NCBI GenBank assembly: GCA_049674205.1
Contig: JBATYS010000346.1
Span: forward strand, 1-36,577
Length of the DNA stretch: 36,577 nt
Direction of reading: 5' to 3'
Source of the DNA: Candidatus Aminicenantaceae bacterium
GTDB taxonomy: Bacteria > Acidobacteriota > Aminicenantia > Aminicenantales > Aminicenantaceae
The notes under the pieces are model-generated. The model did no database searches. It was given only the letters and a program-made list of their open reading frames with translations, and had not been told where the DNA came from. Shown piece by piece: positions 28,950 to 36,577 of the stretch; position 1 is the first letter of the stretch, and the number at the start of each line of letters is the position of its first letter. The translations under genes and the position numbers were made by a program.

Positions 28950-29444
28950 ATGACAGAAAACAAGGATACAAAGAGCAGTAAATCGCGTGCGCCAAAAGTC
29001 AAAAAGAAAGACTCCGCGCATGATAAAAAAATCCAACAAAACAAAGAACAGAAAGAGGATCAGAAGCCAAAGCAGGAACAAGAACAAGAAAAGAAACGCC
29101 AGAGCGCATTCGATGAATTTGGAAATCAAGTCGAAAAGATCGCTGTCAAAACCGCCGAATCCATAAGGAAAGTTGTGGATAAAGCCCTCGCTTCCCGAAA
29201 CACAGTTTTAACAATCCGGGTGAACGACGAATGCAACAGAAAAATGAACATGTTAGTGGACTCGGGCCTATTCAAGAGCCGGTCGGAAAGCGCAGCCTTC
29301 CTCATCCAAGAAGGCATCAAAAACCAAGGTGTACTCTTCAGTAAAATCTCCTCTAAACTGGATGAGATCGAAAAGATCAGGGGAGAGCTGCAAAAAGTTG
29401 TCTCTGAAGAATTCACTCCCGAAGATTTTTCGAAAAAATCATAG
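28950..29444 (+). CDS. Lys-rich protein with ribbon-helix-helix (CopG/Arc-like) DNA-binding domain
   Basis: The ORF-track TTG at 28923 falls at the predicted transcription start. ATG 28950 has GGAG 6 nt upstream. The N-terminal 50 aa form a low-complexity K/Q/E tract. The RHH-like segment is VLTIRVNDECNRKMNMLVDSGLFKSRSESAAFLIQEGIK. Confidence 0.65.
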   Translation: MTENKDTKSSKSRAPKVKKKDSAHDKKIQQNKEQKEDQKPKQEQEQEKKRQSAFDEFGNQVEKIAVKTAESIRKVVDKALASRNTVLTIRVNDECNRKMNMLVDSGLFKSRSESAAFLIQEGIKNQGVLFSKISSKLDEIEKIRGELQKVVSEEFTPEDFSKKS

Positions 29445-29504
29445 CAATGCAAACTTTTTCTTCCCTTCTTTGCGCTTTTTTCCATTTATGGTAAGATTTG
29501 GGGA

Positions 29505-29939
29505 GTGGGAAATCTAGCCATTCTTCTCTTGTCGCTTTTTCCAATCCTTCTTCCCTCTACGACCCAGAATATCGAAAGAGCTTTTCTCCAGAACGACGCC
29601 CGAATGCTCCATTCCCTTTTCCCTCCACAGAGCCATATCAACATCTCGCTTCCCGAACCCATATCATTCTCCGATCAGGTCTCCAATCAACAAGCCTATT
29701 TTCTTTTCCAGAAGATATTCTCGTCCTACACGACTTTTGAATTCTATTCCGAAAATCCGCCCACATCGATCGAGGGAAAGAGCGCGATCATTAAAACCAG
29801 ATGGTCTTTCAGAGATAAAAAGAACCAAAATCAGTATGTATTCAATATCTTCTTCTATCTGATAAAACTGCCTTCCAAAGCAGAGGGCCAAACGGGTGAG
29901 ACTTGGAAGATCATCGAGATAAGGGCAGCCACAATTTGA
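29505..29939 (+). CDS. Hypothetical exported protein, DUF4783-like
   Basis: 144 aa. It has a hydrophobic N-terminus (LAILLLSLFPILL). The pattern IERAF..NDARMLHSLF...ISL......SNQQAYFLFQKIFSSY....F ... W.I.EIR resembles the NTF2-like DUF4783 family as I remember it. The GTG start is uncertain. Its stop overlaps the kinase reading frame. Confidence 0.5.
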   Translation: MGNLAILLLSLFPILLPSTTQNIERAFLQNDARMLHSLFPPQSHINISLPEPISFSDQVSNQQAYFLFQKIFSSYTTFEFYSENPPTSIEGKSAIIKTRWSFRDKKNQNQYVFNIFFYLIKLPSKAEGQTGETWKIIEIRAATI

Positions 29940-32900
29940 AAGTGCTCAAATCCATCAAAAATAAAGACAAATTCTTCTTGGTTTTTCTTGTGGGAGTAAT
30001 CCTTTCTGCCCTCTTTCTCTGCCTCTCTCAAATCGTTCCTTTCTTCACTTCCCATAACTACTACGAGAGAGGGCTTAATCAGTTGCGAAACAAGGCCCAA
30101 TCCATAAAGAGTGAATTTGCTGAGATCATCGAAGACTTGGGTGAGATATACGCTATGATCCAGGATAATGACTTCCCGGAGAGAAAAGATGAGATCTTTT
30201 CTCTCCTCAAAAGTCTGCCTATTGACCAGGAAAAGGTGGGCGTAGCCTTTTATGACAGTGATAACATGCTCGCCTTGTGGTTGGGTCAAGTCATCGACCT
30301 GAGCAAAATCACTCTGAACAACGGCACCCGATTTTCTTTAGAGGACAAGAAATCAACTTTTCTCGTTCAAAACAAGGCTTCGGCTTATCTCGTATCCATA
30401 AAAAGGCTTGAAAAAAACCAACACATCGTGTTTTATCGGCTTCTTGCTTTTCTGCCCCAATTCAAGACCCCTTATCTCAAAGAATACCATTTCCTCGATG
30501 AAAAGCTACTGGAGAACTGCAGCATAACCTATCAAGATTTTCGCGAGAATGTCTCGGGTTTTGAGCGCATATTCTCAAGATATAAAGATGAATATATCGG
30601 ACAACCACGACTTCAAGCTCAGATCCAGACCTTGATCTTCCCCCTTCGTAATGAGAGCAATGAGATCATCGCTTATGTGGACCTCAGGTCACCTTCGCTC
30701 CGGTCCAAGATCTCATCTCAAAAAGAAGATCTCCTTTTGATATTTTATCTTTTGGTCGTCGCAGCGCTTGTGTGTTTACTCATATCCGTTGTCAGGTTAC
30801 AGAGTTTTCGAAACGAAAGAAATCCTCTCGCACTGCTCCTGATCTTGTGTATTCTCTGTGTGTTAAGACTCCTCTTTTTCCCTTTGAGCGCTCTGGGAAA
30901 GATCCAATCCCTCTCTGTTTTTTCACCTTCCACGACAAGCTTTATATCCATATGGAATCTTACGCGTTCGCCAGCTGATATCTTTCTCACGGCGTTGTGT
31001 CTCTTTATTCTTATATCTTGTTTGGCATTTTTGATTCAAAAGCATGTTGAAAAAAAGGAGAAGCGGGCATCTTTACCTGTATTTTTCCTCTTTTCACTCA
31101 TCTCTATCGTTATTGTTCTATGTTTTGTCTTCATCCTCCAGGAGGTCCTATTCCGTCTTGTTTTCCACTCAAACCTCAACCTGCTTCACTTTTCTTTCGA
31201 CATTTCTTTCATGCTTATTCATTTCAGCATCATTCTTTTTTTCTTCAGTACTCTATTAACGAGCCTGGTGGGACTGAGACTCTCCATCCTGCATGCACCT
31301 AAAGTCGTTTACCCTCTTGTCTTCCTCATTGCAGGATTTGGAGTGTATTTAAGCTTCTTTAGGGGCGAATATCCCATCACCCTCTTCCTGATCCAGGCTC
31401 TAATCCTCGCTCTTGTCTTTCTTATCGCATATCTCCCATGGATTCTTCAGAAAAAAAGACTTTGGCTCTCTGCGATCGTGCTCACCACTCTTTTTATCTA
31501 CGCCTCTCTCCATTTTGCTTCCTCAGAAAAAGAGCAGACATTACTCCAGAATTCCCTGCAGAACATCATAAAATCCCAAGTGACTTGGGGCGCATTTTTG
31601 ATCACTCAATCATTTCCCGAGATCGATAAAAATGAGGGCTCGATAATCGCCTCTCTCAACAGTGAAGAATTTTCCGACCTGGCGCATTTGATCTGGCAAA
31701 ATACATTGCTGGCTAAATTCAACTGGTATTCGAGCTTGGAGATACTCAACAGTGAAGGAGTGCTCCAATCCCGTTTTACACTCAATGTCCCAGAAGTTTT
31801 CCGCATCAACTTCAATCCTCCGAAAAGCCCTGAATGGTCGATTTTTAAACAACGAGTCCACTACATGGGCACAAACAAAAATTTTCTCATCGCCTACAAG
31901 GACTATCTTCAGGAAGAAGAAACCATCGGGCGAGTTATGATCTATCTCTCCACAGACTACGATATGCTGCCCTTTCTCTACTCGGCCAATCCCTATTTTG
32001 AACTTTTGCGAGTTTCCTCCATTCCGTCGCTCAATCAAATGGACCTGGGATTTGCCATTTTTAACCTGGATGGAGAATTGATCTTTAATCCGAACAAAAT
32101 CTCATCTGGACTGCCAAGAGACCTCATCGCAAATATCTCTAGATCTGATACGAGTATCTGGTCAGCATTTACTGAAAAAGACAGAAAATACAAAAGCTTG
32201 TACTTCAAAAACGAAGACGAAGACCGGATCTATGCCCTCTTCCTCCCCCGCAAAAATTTCCTCAAATATTCCGCAGAGTTTCTAAAGCTCTTTTTTGTCT
32301 ACTTCGCAGTATGTCTGTTGTTCATTTTGTTAGCCAGGCTTCTCTTCCCCCGGCAGGAAACTCAGAATCCCTTTTGGTCCTTCTCGAATCGTGTCTATGT
32401 GACGATCATCGCTATCGCCCTAATCCCCCTCTTCCTCTTCACTTTCTCCAGTCATTACTTTTTTGCCCGGATCTTCTCCCAAAAAGTCACAGAAGCGGCT
32501 GAAGTGCAGGCCGATTTCGCCAAACGGTTCATGCAAGACTACATTTATTTTCAACAGGAAGAACGGTACTCTCTGACCACACCTCCCGACCAAGTTGTCT
32601 TTTGGATCGGATCAACCATATCCAATGATGTGAATTTGTATCAGGATGGACAGCTCATCTCATCAAGCCGTCGAGAATTCTTCGATTACGGGCTCCTCCC
32701 TGATATCATCAATGGAGAGATATTCTACAAGATTCAGTTCGAGAATAATCCCTTCTACACAGATATTCAGAAAATCGGAAATTATTCCTTCCATACTCTG
32801 ACGATCCCCTACGCTTTTCAGGACTCGCTCATTCTTATTTCCCTCCCATTTCCCCTGGAACAACAGGAGATCTCGGAGGCCACCGTAGAACTCATCGAAT

Positions 32901-33829
32901 TTTTGCTCTTTGGGTCTGTTTTTTTCATCATCTTCGCACTCCTCTTGGCTCGAGGTATCGGAGGTATGATCGTCAATCCCATACAAAGACTCCTGAAAGG
33001 GACGAAAGAAGTCAGTTTGGGAAACCTGGAGACACATATCGATTACAGGCACCAGGACGAAATGAAGACCCTGATCGATGGTTTTAACGCTATGGTCACA
33101 AACCTCAAGCAGCATCAACAAGAGCTGGCCGATATGAGTAAAAAGGTTGCCTGGGCGGAAATGGCCCGCAAGGTGGCTCATGAGATCAAAAATCCGCTGA
33201 CACCGATCCAACTATCTGCAGAGCATCTCTTAAAAGTTTATGAAGACAACAAAGAAAATTTTGACGAGGTGTTGAAAGAATCCGCATCCTACATTATCAC
33301 TGAGGTGGAAAACCTGAGAAATATTGCTCATGAATTTCTCCAAACATCGAAGGAGGCTTCCCTTAAAAAAGAAAAGCTGGACCTCAAAGAACTCATCCAG
33401 GAAACCGTTGCCCCTTACAAAAATCTTTTAACTGAGAGGATAGAGTTCAAAGAAACCTACCAGGAGCAAGACTTCCCGTTAGTGGGCGATAGAGGGAAAG
33501 TAAAGATCGTCTTGCGGAATATCCTGAATAATGCGATCGAATCGATCCAGGACAAGGGGAAAATCTCCATCACCCTAAAAAAAGAAGGATCGACATTTTT
33601 GCTCGAGATTACAGATACAGGGACAGGAATAGATGAAGAAATGGCAGAACGGATCTTCGAGCCCTACTTCTCCACCAAGGATGTAGGCACGGGTTTGGGA
33701 TTGCCAATCGCGAAAAAAATCATCGAAGACCATGAAGGGACAATCCACGCGACCGTCAGAAAAGTTGGTGGAATCACGATTTCTATCAAACTGCCTCAAT
33801 CCGCAGAACACTTGGCTCAAAATTCTTGA
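29903..33829 (+). CDS. Large polytopic sensor histidine kinase (NtrY-like HAMP-HisKA-HATPase core)
   Basis: 1308 aa. There are about 12 hydrophobic segments, including a block of about 8 TM helices at aa 285-560, and two or three large extracytoplasmic regions. Then come HAMP, the H-box ARKVAHEIKNPLTPIQLSAEHL, the N-box LRNILNNAIES, G1 DTGTGI and G2 GTGLGLPIAKK. No ATG start is available: the candidates are TTG 29903, TTG 29936 (a TTGA overlap with the upstream stop) and GTG 29942. Confidence 0.88.
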   Translation: MEDHRDKGSHNLKVLKSIKNKDKFFLVFLVGVILSALFLCLSQIVPFFTSHNYYERGLNQLRNKAQSIKSEFAEIIEDLGEIYAMIQDNDFPERKDEIFSLLKSLPIDQEKVGVAFYDSDNMLALWLGQVIDLSKITLNNGTRFSLEDKKSTFLVQNKASAYLVSIKRLEKNQHIVFYRLLAFLPQFKTPYLKEYHFLDEKLLENCSITYQDFRENVSGFERIFSRYKDEYIGQPRLQAQIQTLIFPLRNESNEIIAYVDLRSPSLRSKISSQKEDLLLIFYLLVVAALVCLLISVVRLQSFRNERNPLALLLILCILCVLRLLFFPLSALGKIQSLSVFSPSTTSFISIWNLTRSPADIFLTALCLFILISCLAFLIQKHVEKKEKRASLPVFFLFSLISIVIVLCFVFILQEVLFRLVFHSNLNLLHFSFDISFMLIHFSIILFFFSTLLTSLVGLRLSILHAPKVVYPLVFLIAGFGVYLSFFRGEYPITLFLIQALILALVFLIAYLPWILQKKRLWLSAIVLTTLFIYASLHFASSEKEQTLLQNSLQNIIKSQVTWGAFLITQSFPEIDKNEGSIIASLNSEEFSDLAHLIWQNTLLAKFNWYSSLEILNSEGVLQSRFTLNVPEVFRINFNPPKSPEWSIFKQRVHYMGTNKNFLIAYKDYLQEEETIGRVMIYLSTDYDMLPFLYSANPYFELLRVSSIPSLNQMDLGFAIFNLDGELIFNPNKISSGLPRDLIANISRSDTSIWSAFTEKDRKYKSLYFKNEDEDRIYALFLPRKNFLKYSAEFLKLFFVYFAVCLLFILLARLLFPRQETQNPFWSFSNRVYVTIIAIALIPLFLFTFSSHYFFARIFSQKVTEAAEVQADFAKRFMQDYIYFQQEERYSLTTPPDQVVFWIGSTISNDVNLYQDGQLISSSRREFFDYGLLPDIINGEIFYKIQFENNPFYTDIQKIGNYSFHTLTIPYAFQDSLILISLPFPLEQQEISEATVELIEFLLFGSVFFIIFALLLARGIGGMIVNPIQRLLKGTKEVSLGNLETHIDYRHQDEMKTLIDGFNAMVTNLKQHQQELADMSKKVAWAEMARKVAHEIKNPLTPIQLSAEHLLKVYEDNKENFDEVLKESASYIITEVENLRNIAHEFLQTSKEASLKKEKLDLKELIQETVAPYKNLLTERIEFKETYQEQDFPLVGDRGKVKIVLRNILNNAIESIQDKGKISITLKKEGSTFLLEITDTGTGIDEEMAERIFEPYFSTKDVGTGLGLPIAKKIIEDHEGTIHATVRKVGGITISIKLPQSAEHLAQNS

Positions 33830-33940
33830 ATCCTGAGATGACCGGAATCCATTCTTCATCTGGATGATTCGACTAAATGATGTCGAGCGGTTTATAAAAA
33901 TCTGGAATTTTATCTCAAATTATGGGAGAATGACTGTTCT

Positions 33941-34849
33941 ATGGGCACAAAAAAAACACCAATACTGTTAGTCCTGATTCTCGCTCTGCTTATCACACAT
34001 CCTGCGTATGCGGAAAAAATCAGTCTGAAGTTGAGCTTCAACACGAACTCGTACGGTAAAGGAGACCTGGAAACCTGGCTCCCATCCCTCAACTCTCAAT
34101 GGAACGATTACAGCACAGAATATCCAGGAACCTTAGCTGGCGAATTTGTGGCTCCTACTTACGGTTCCAACATCGAAATCGAACTACGGATCCCAGTATT
34201 TAAAGGATTTGGACTGAACTTTGCAGGGAGCCGGCTCTCAGGCTTAGAGGAGGGGGAGGTCACTTACTCAAGCCAGGACGCCAATCAGAAGGAAGTTCAA
34301 TATCTCCTGAATGATGTGAGCGGATTAAACCTCAAAATAGGTTTCAGCTATGCCGCAGAACTTCCTTTTCTTGAGGGACTACACCTCTTTGGAAACGTGG
34401 GCAGGCACTTGATCTATGTGAAATATAAGGTTGAAAATAACTATCTATTGGAGATCCAAATCCTTGGACGCGAATTTCTCTATGAGTCCAAACAAGAGAA
34501 TTCATACTCATCGGACTCCTTGGGCTGGTATGCGGGATTAGGCGTGGAATACGACGTGATTCAACACGTCTCCATCGTGTTTGAGATCGAGAAGATCTGG
34601 TCAAAAGTGAACGGCTTCAAGGGAACCCAACTGTATAAATTCTACCAAGATGGTGAATTGGTGATCGATGACCCGGGAAAGACCTCTCTCTATTACTACG
34701 AAGATCAACTGTTTGGCCTCGAAAATTACTATGAGATCCTCCAGGGGCATGTCGATACGCCGGATGATGAATCGATTAGGAACCTCCGGTCGGGTGAAAT
34801 GAATTTTAGTACTTTGTCAGTAAAGTTTGGTATCCGATTCAAATTTTAG
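33941..34849 (+). CDS. Putative outer-membrane beta-barrel protein
   Basis: 302 aa. The signal peptide MGTKKTPILLVLILALLITHPAYA|EK is followed by alternating-hydrophobic strands. The C-terminus ...VKFGIRFKF ends in Phe, as in OM barrels. I do not recognise a family. Confidence 0.6.
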   Translation: MGTKKTPILLVLILALLITHPAYAEKISLKLSFNTNSYGKGDLETWLPSLNSQWNDYSTEYPGTLAGEFVAPTYGSNIEIELRIPVFKGFGLNFAGSRLSGLEEGEVTYSSQDANQKEVQYLLNDVSGLNLKIGFSYAAELPFLEGLHLFGNVGRHLIYVKYKVENNYLLEIQILGREFLYESKQENSYSSDSLGWYAGLGVEYDVIQHVSIVFEIEKIWSKVNGFKGTQLYKFYQDGELVIDDPGKTSLYYYEDQLFGLENYYEILQGHVDTPDDESIRNLRSGEMNFSTLSVKFGIRFKF

Positions 34850-34865
34850 ACTGGGAATTTCAGCG

Positions 34866-35372
34866 TTGAAAACTCTCGTCACTTACTTCAGCCTCACAGG
34901 AAATACAAAAATAATCGCGGAGGCGGTTTATGAAACGCTGGAGGGTGACAAAGAGATAAAAAAGATCGATGAGTGCTCGGATCTAGATGAATACAGTCTC
35001 GTGTTTGTAGGCTTTCCTGTCCACTCCCACAGCGTTCCTATCAAGGTCGAGGCCTTCTTGAAGAACATCCCACATGGGAAGAGAATCGCCCTCTTCTCCA
35101 CACATGGATCGCTTACAGGGAGTCACTTGTCCAGAGAGGCGTTGGAATACGCCGTTGTCCTTGCTTCAAAAGCTAAGGTGTTGGGGAGCTTCTCTTGCCG
35201 AGGAAAAGTCTCTCCTGAAGCTTTAGAAGTCTTGATAAAATCTCCCGAACATGTGGCATGGGCAGAAATAGCGGCATCAGCCCGAAATCATCCCGACCAA
35301 AATGACCGCGAAGATGCGCATGCTTTCGCCCGCTGGGTTTTAACTCTCTACTCGCAGCCTAAACCTTTTTAG
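34866..35372 (+). CDS. Flavodoxin-family protein
   Basis: The N-terminal (M)KTLVTYFSLTGNTKIIAEAV is the flavodoxin FMN phosphate-binding loop. I prefer TTG 34866 over the TTG at 34827, which would overlap the preceding gene. The 3' end overlaps the convergent meaB by 14 nt. Confidence 0.75.
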   Translation: MKTLVTYFSLTGNTKIIAEAVYETLEGDKEIKKIDECSDLDEYSLVFVGFPVHSHSVPIKVEAFLKNIPHGKRIALFSTHGSLTGSHLSREALEYAVVLASKAKVLGSFSCRGKVSPEALEVLIKSPEHVAWAEIAASARNHPDQNDREDAHAFARWVLTLYSQPKPF

Positions 35373-36342
35373 CAAGAGTGCTGATAATCTGATCAGCAAT
35401 TGTGTAGGGATCCGATTTGTGATTATAAATATGATCTACACATTCATCAAAATCCACATCTTGAAGACTCTTCATGGCTTCCTTGAAGAGTCTTTCGTTT
35501 ATGATCTCTCTCAGTAGATAGGATATCCTTTTTTTTCTTCTCTCTGCGTGTTTCTCTTTCTCCCGGGAAGATATTATGTGGTCGATCCTCTCGATGAGTG
35601 GTATGATCCCACGTCCTTCCGTAGCCACTGTTTTCAACACTGGAGGAGCAGTTTCACCTTTTTTCCCGATATCAAGCATGGCCTTGATCTGTCGTTCGGT
35701 TTTTTCCGCATCAGGAGAGTCGGCCTTGTTGATCACAAATATATCTGCAATCTCCATGATCCCCGCCTTAAATATCTGGATCTCATCGCCGGAGCTGGGG
35801 GTTAGAATAACAATAATGACATCCGCCAGCTTAACCACTTCTATCTCATCCTGACCGACACCCACAGTTTCTACAAGAAGGCAATCTTTGCCCGACGCCT
35901 CCAGGATAAAAAGAGCTTCTCCCGACGCCTTGGCCAGCCCTCCCAGATGCCCACGGGTTGCCATGCTCCGGATGAAGACATCCGGATGAACACTATGCCG
36001 CATCATCCTGATTCGATCACCGAGTATAGCACCCCCGGTAAAAGGGCTCGATGGATCTACGGCTATAATCCCGATCTTTCTCTCATTTTCAATAAGAACA
36101 TCGATCATCTGATCGACAAGAGTGCTTTTTCCTGTGCCAGGAGCACCTGTTATCCCAATAACTGTGGAATCTCCTGTGTGTGGAAAGATCGCCTTCATCA
36201 GCATCTGGGTTTCGTCTCCGTTGTTCTCAACAAGAGAAATCCCTTTTGCGATCGCAGCTGAATTCCCCTTTAAGATCTTCTCCACTAAATCTTTCATATC
36301 AATAATCTGCCTGGAATTATCGGCGGCTGTCCACTCCCTCAC
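35359..36342 (-). CDS. meaB: Methylmalonyl-CoA-mutase-associated G-protein chaperone (MeaB/ArgK family)
   Basis: 327 aa. It has the P-loop GITGAPGTGKSTLV, VETVGVGQ and NKAD, and its overall length is typical of MeaB. No mutase gene is visible in the window. Confidence 0.9.
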   Translation of the reverse strand: MREWTAADNSRQIIDMKDLVEKILKGNSAAIAKGISLVENNGDETQMLMKAIFPHTGDSTVIGITGAPGTGKSTLVDQMIDVLIENERKIGIIAVDPSSPFTGGAILGDRIRMMRHSVHPDVFIRSMATRGHLGGLAKASGEALFILEASGKDCLLVETVGVGQDEIEVVKLADVIIVILTPSSGDEIQIFKAGIMEIADIFVINKADSPDAEKTERQIKAMLDIGKKGETAPPVLKTVATEGRGIIPLIERIDHIISSREKEKHAERRKKRISYLLREIINERLFKEAMKSLQDVDFDECVDHIYNHKSDPYTIADQIISTLAKKV

Positions 36343-36398
36343 TCATGTCAAGATGCAACCGATGTTGCTCCAGTATTTATCTGTATAGATACTCTAGG

Positions 36399-36577
36399 TT
36401 AGTATTCGGAAAGCACCTTCTGAGAGATGATCCACCGTTGGATCTCAGAAGTCCCTTCTCCTATCGTGGCCAGCATACAATCCCGGTAATATTTCTCAAC
36501 AGGATAGTCCTTGGTGAATCCATACCCTCCGTGGATCTGGACAGCGTCTCTTGCAGCCCTGACAGCCAGTTCGCTGG
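36399..36577 (-). CDS. Acyl-CoA dehydrogenase, C-terminal fragment (5' end outside window)
   Basis: The reverse-strand translation ...[58 protein letters not shown] is the conserved ACAD C-terminal helical domain. The frame is open to the window edge. Confidence 0.8.
   Translation of the reverse strand, partial: SELAVRAARDAVQIHGGYGFTKDYPVEKYYRDCMLATIGEGTSEIQRWIISQKVLSEY

Overview
This 36.6-kb chromosomal window comes from a moderately AT-rich diderm bacterium (it has lpxC and outer-membrane barrels). Most of it is housekeeping. In order, it holds:
- the 3' part of a TonB-dependent-receptor-like barrel gene
- a minus-strand lpxC-TPR-glmU-glmS operon with overlapping stop/start codons
- larB
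- dnaG-rpoD
- tRNA-Met(CAT), followed 20 nt later by a COG1579 zinc-ribbon gene
- a fadD-like acyl-CoA ligase
- gyrB-gyrA
- a DRG/TGS-type GTPase
- tRNA-Pro(CGG)
- a DUF362 Fe-S protein plus a class-V aminotransferase
- an ABC-2 exporter (ATPase and two permeases)
- a HAD phosphatase
- an AstE/AspA-type M14 peptidase
- a less conventional cluster: an 89-aa membrane protein, a Lys-rich RHH protein, a DUF4783-like protein, a 1308-aa polytopic NtrY-like histidine kinase with no response regulator in view, an OM barrel and a flavodoxin
- meaB and the 3' end of an acyl-CoA dehydrogenase

I see no CRISPR array, rRNA, transposase, integrase or recognisable defence or toxin genes. Promoters are canonical sigma70 type (TTGACA-17-TATAAT-like), and several are called.

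The main signal that genes do not explain is a family of conserved non-coding intergenic elements. There are three full copies (10561-10876, 22746-22985, and 28717-28848 inverted) and at least two partial copies (7016-7048, 20227-20249). They share the ends GGATTATTCACGAG ... CTTTTATGAATAATYCA, a near-invariant GAGGCCAACCCACCCC box and a hairpin with one compensatory base-pair change. It could be a MITE-like mobile repeat or a structured RNA; I cannot decide which from sequence alone.

A second small palindromic repeat brackets gyrBA. An unusually structured 270-nt gap lies at 28110-28375.

All product calls rest on motifs read from the translations. No database search was run.
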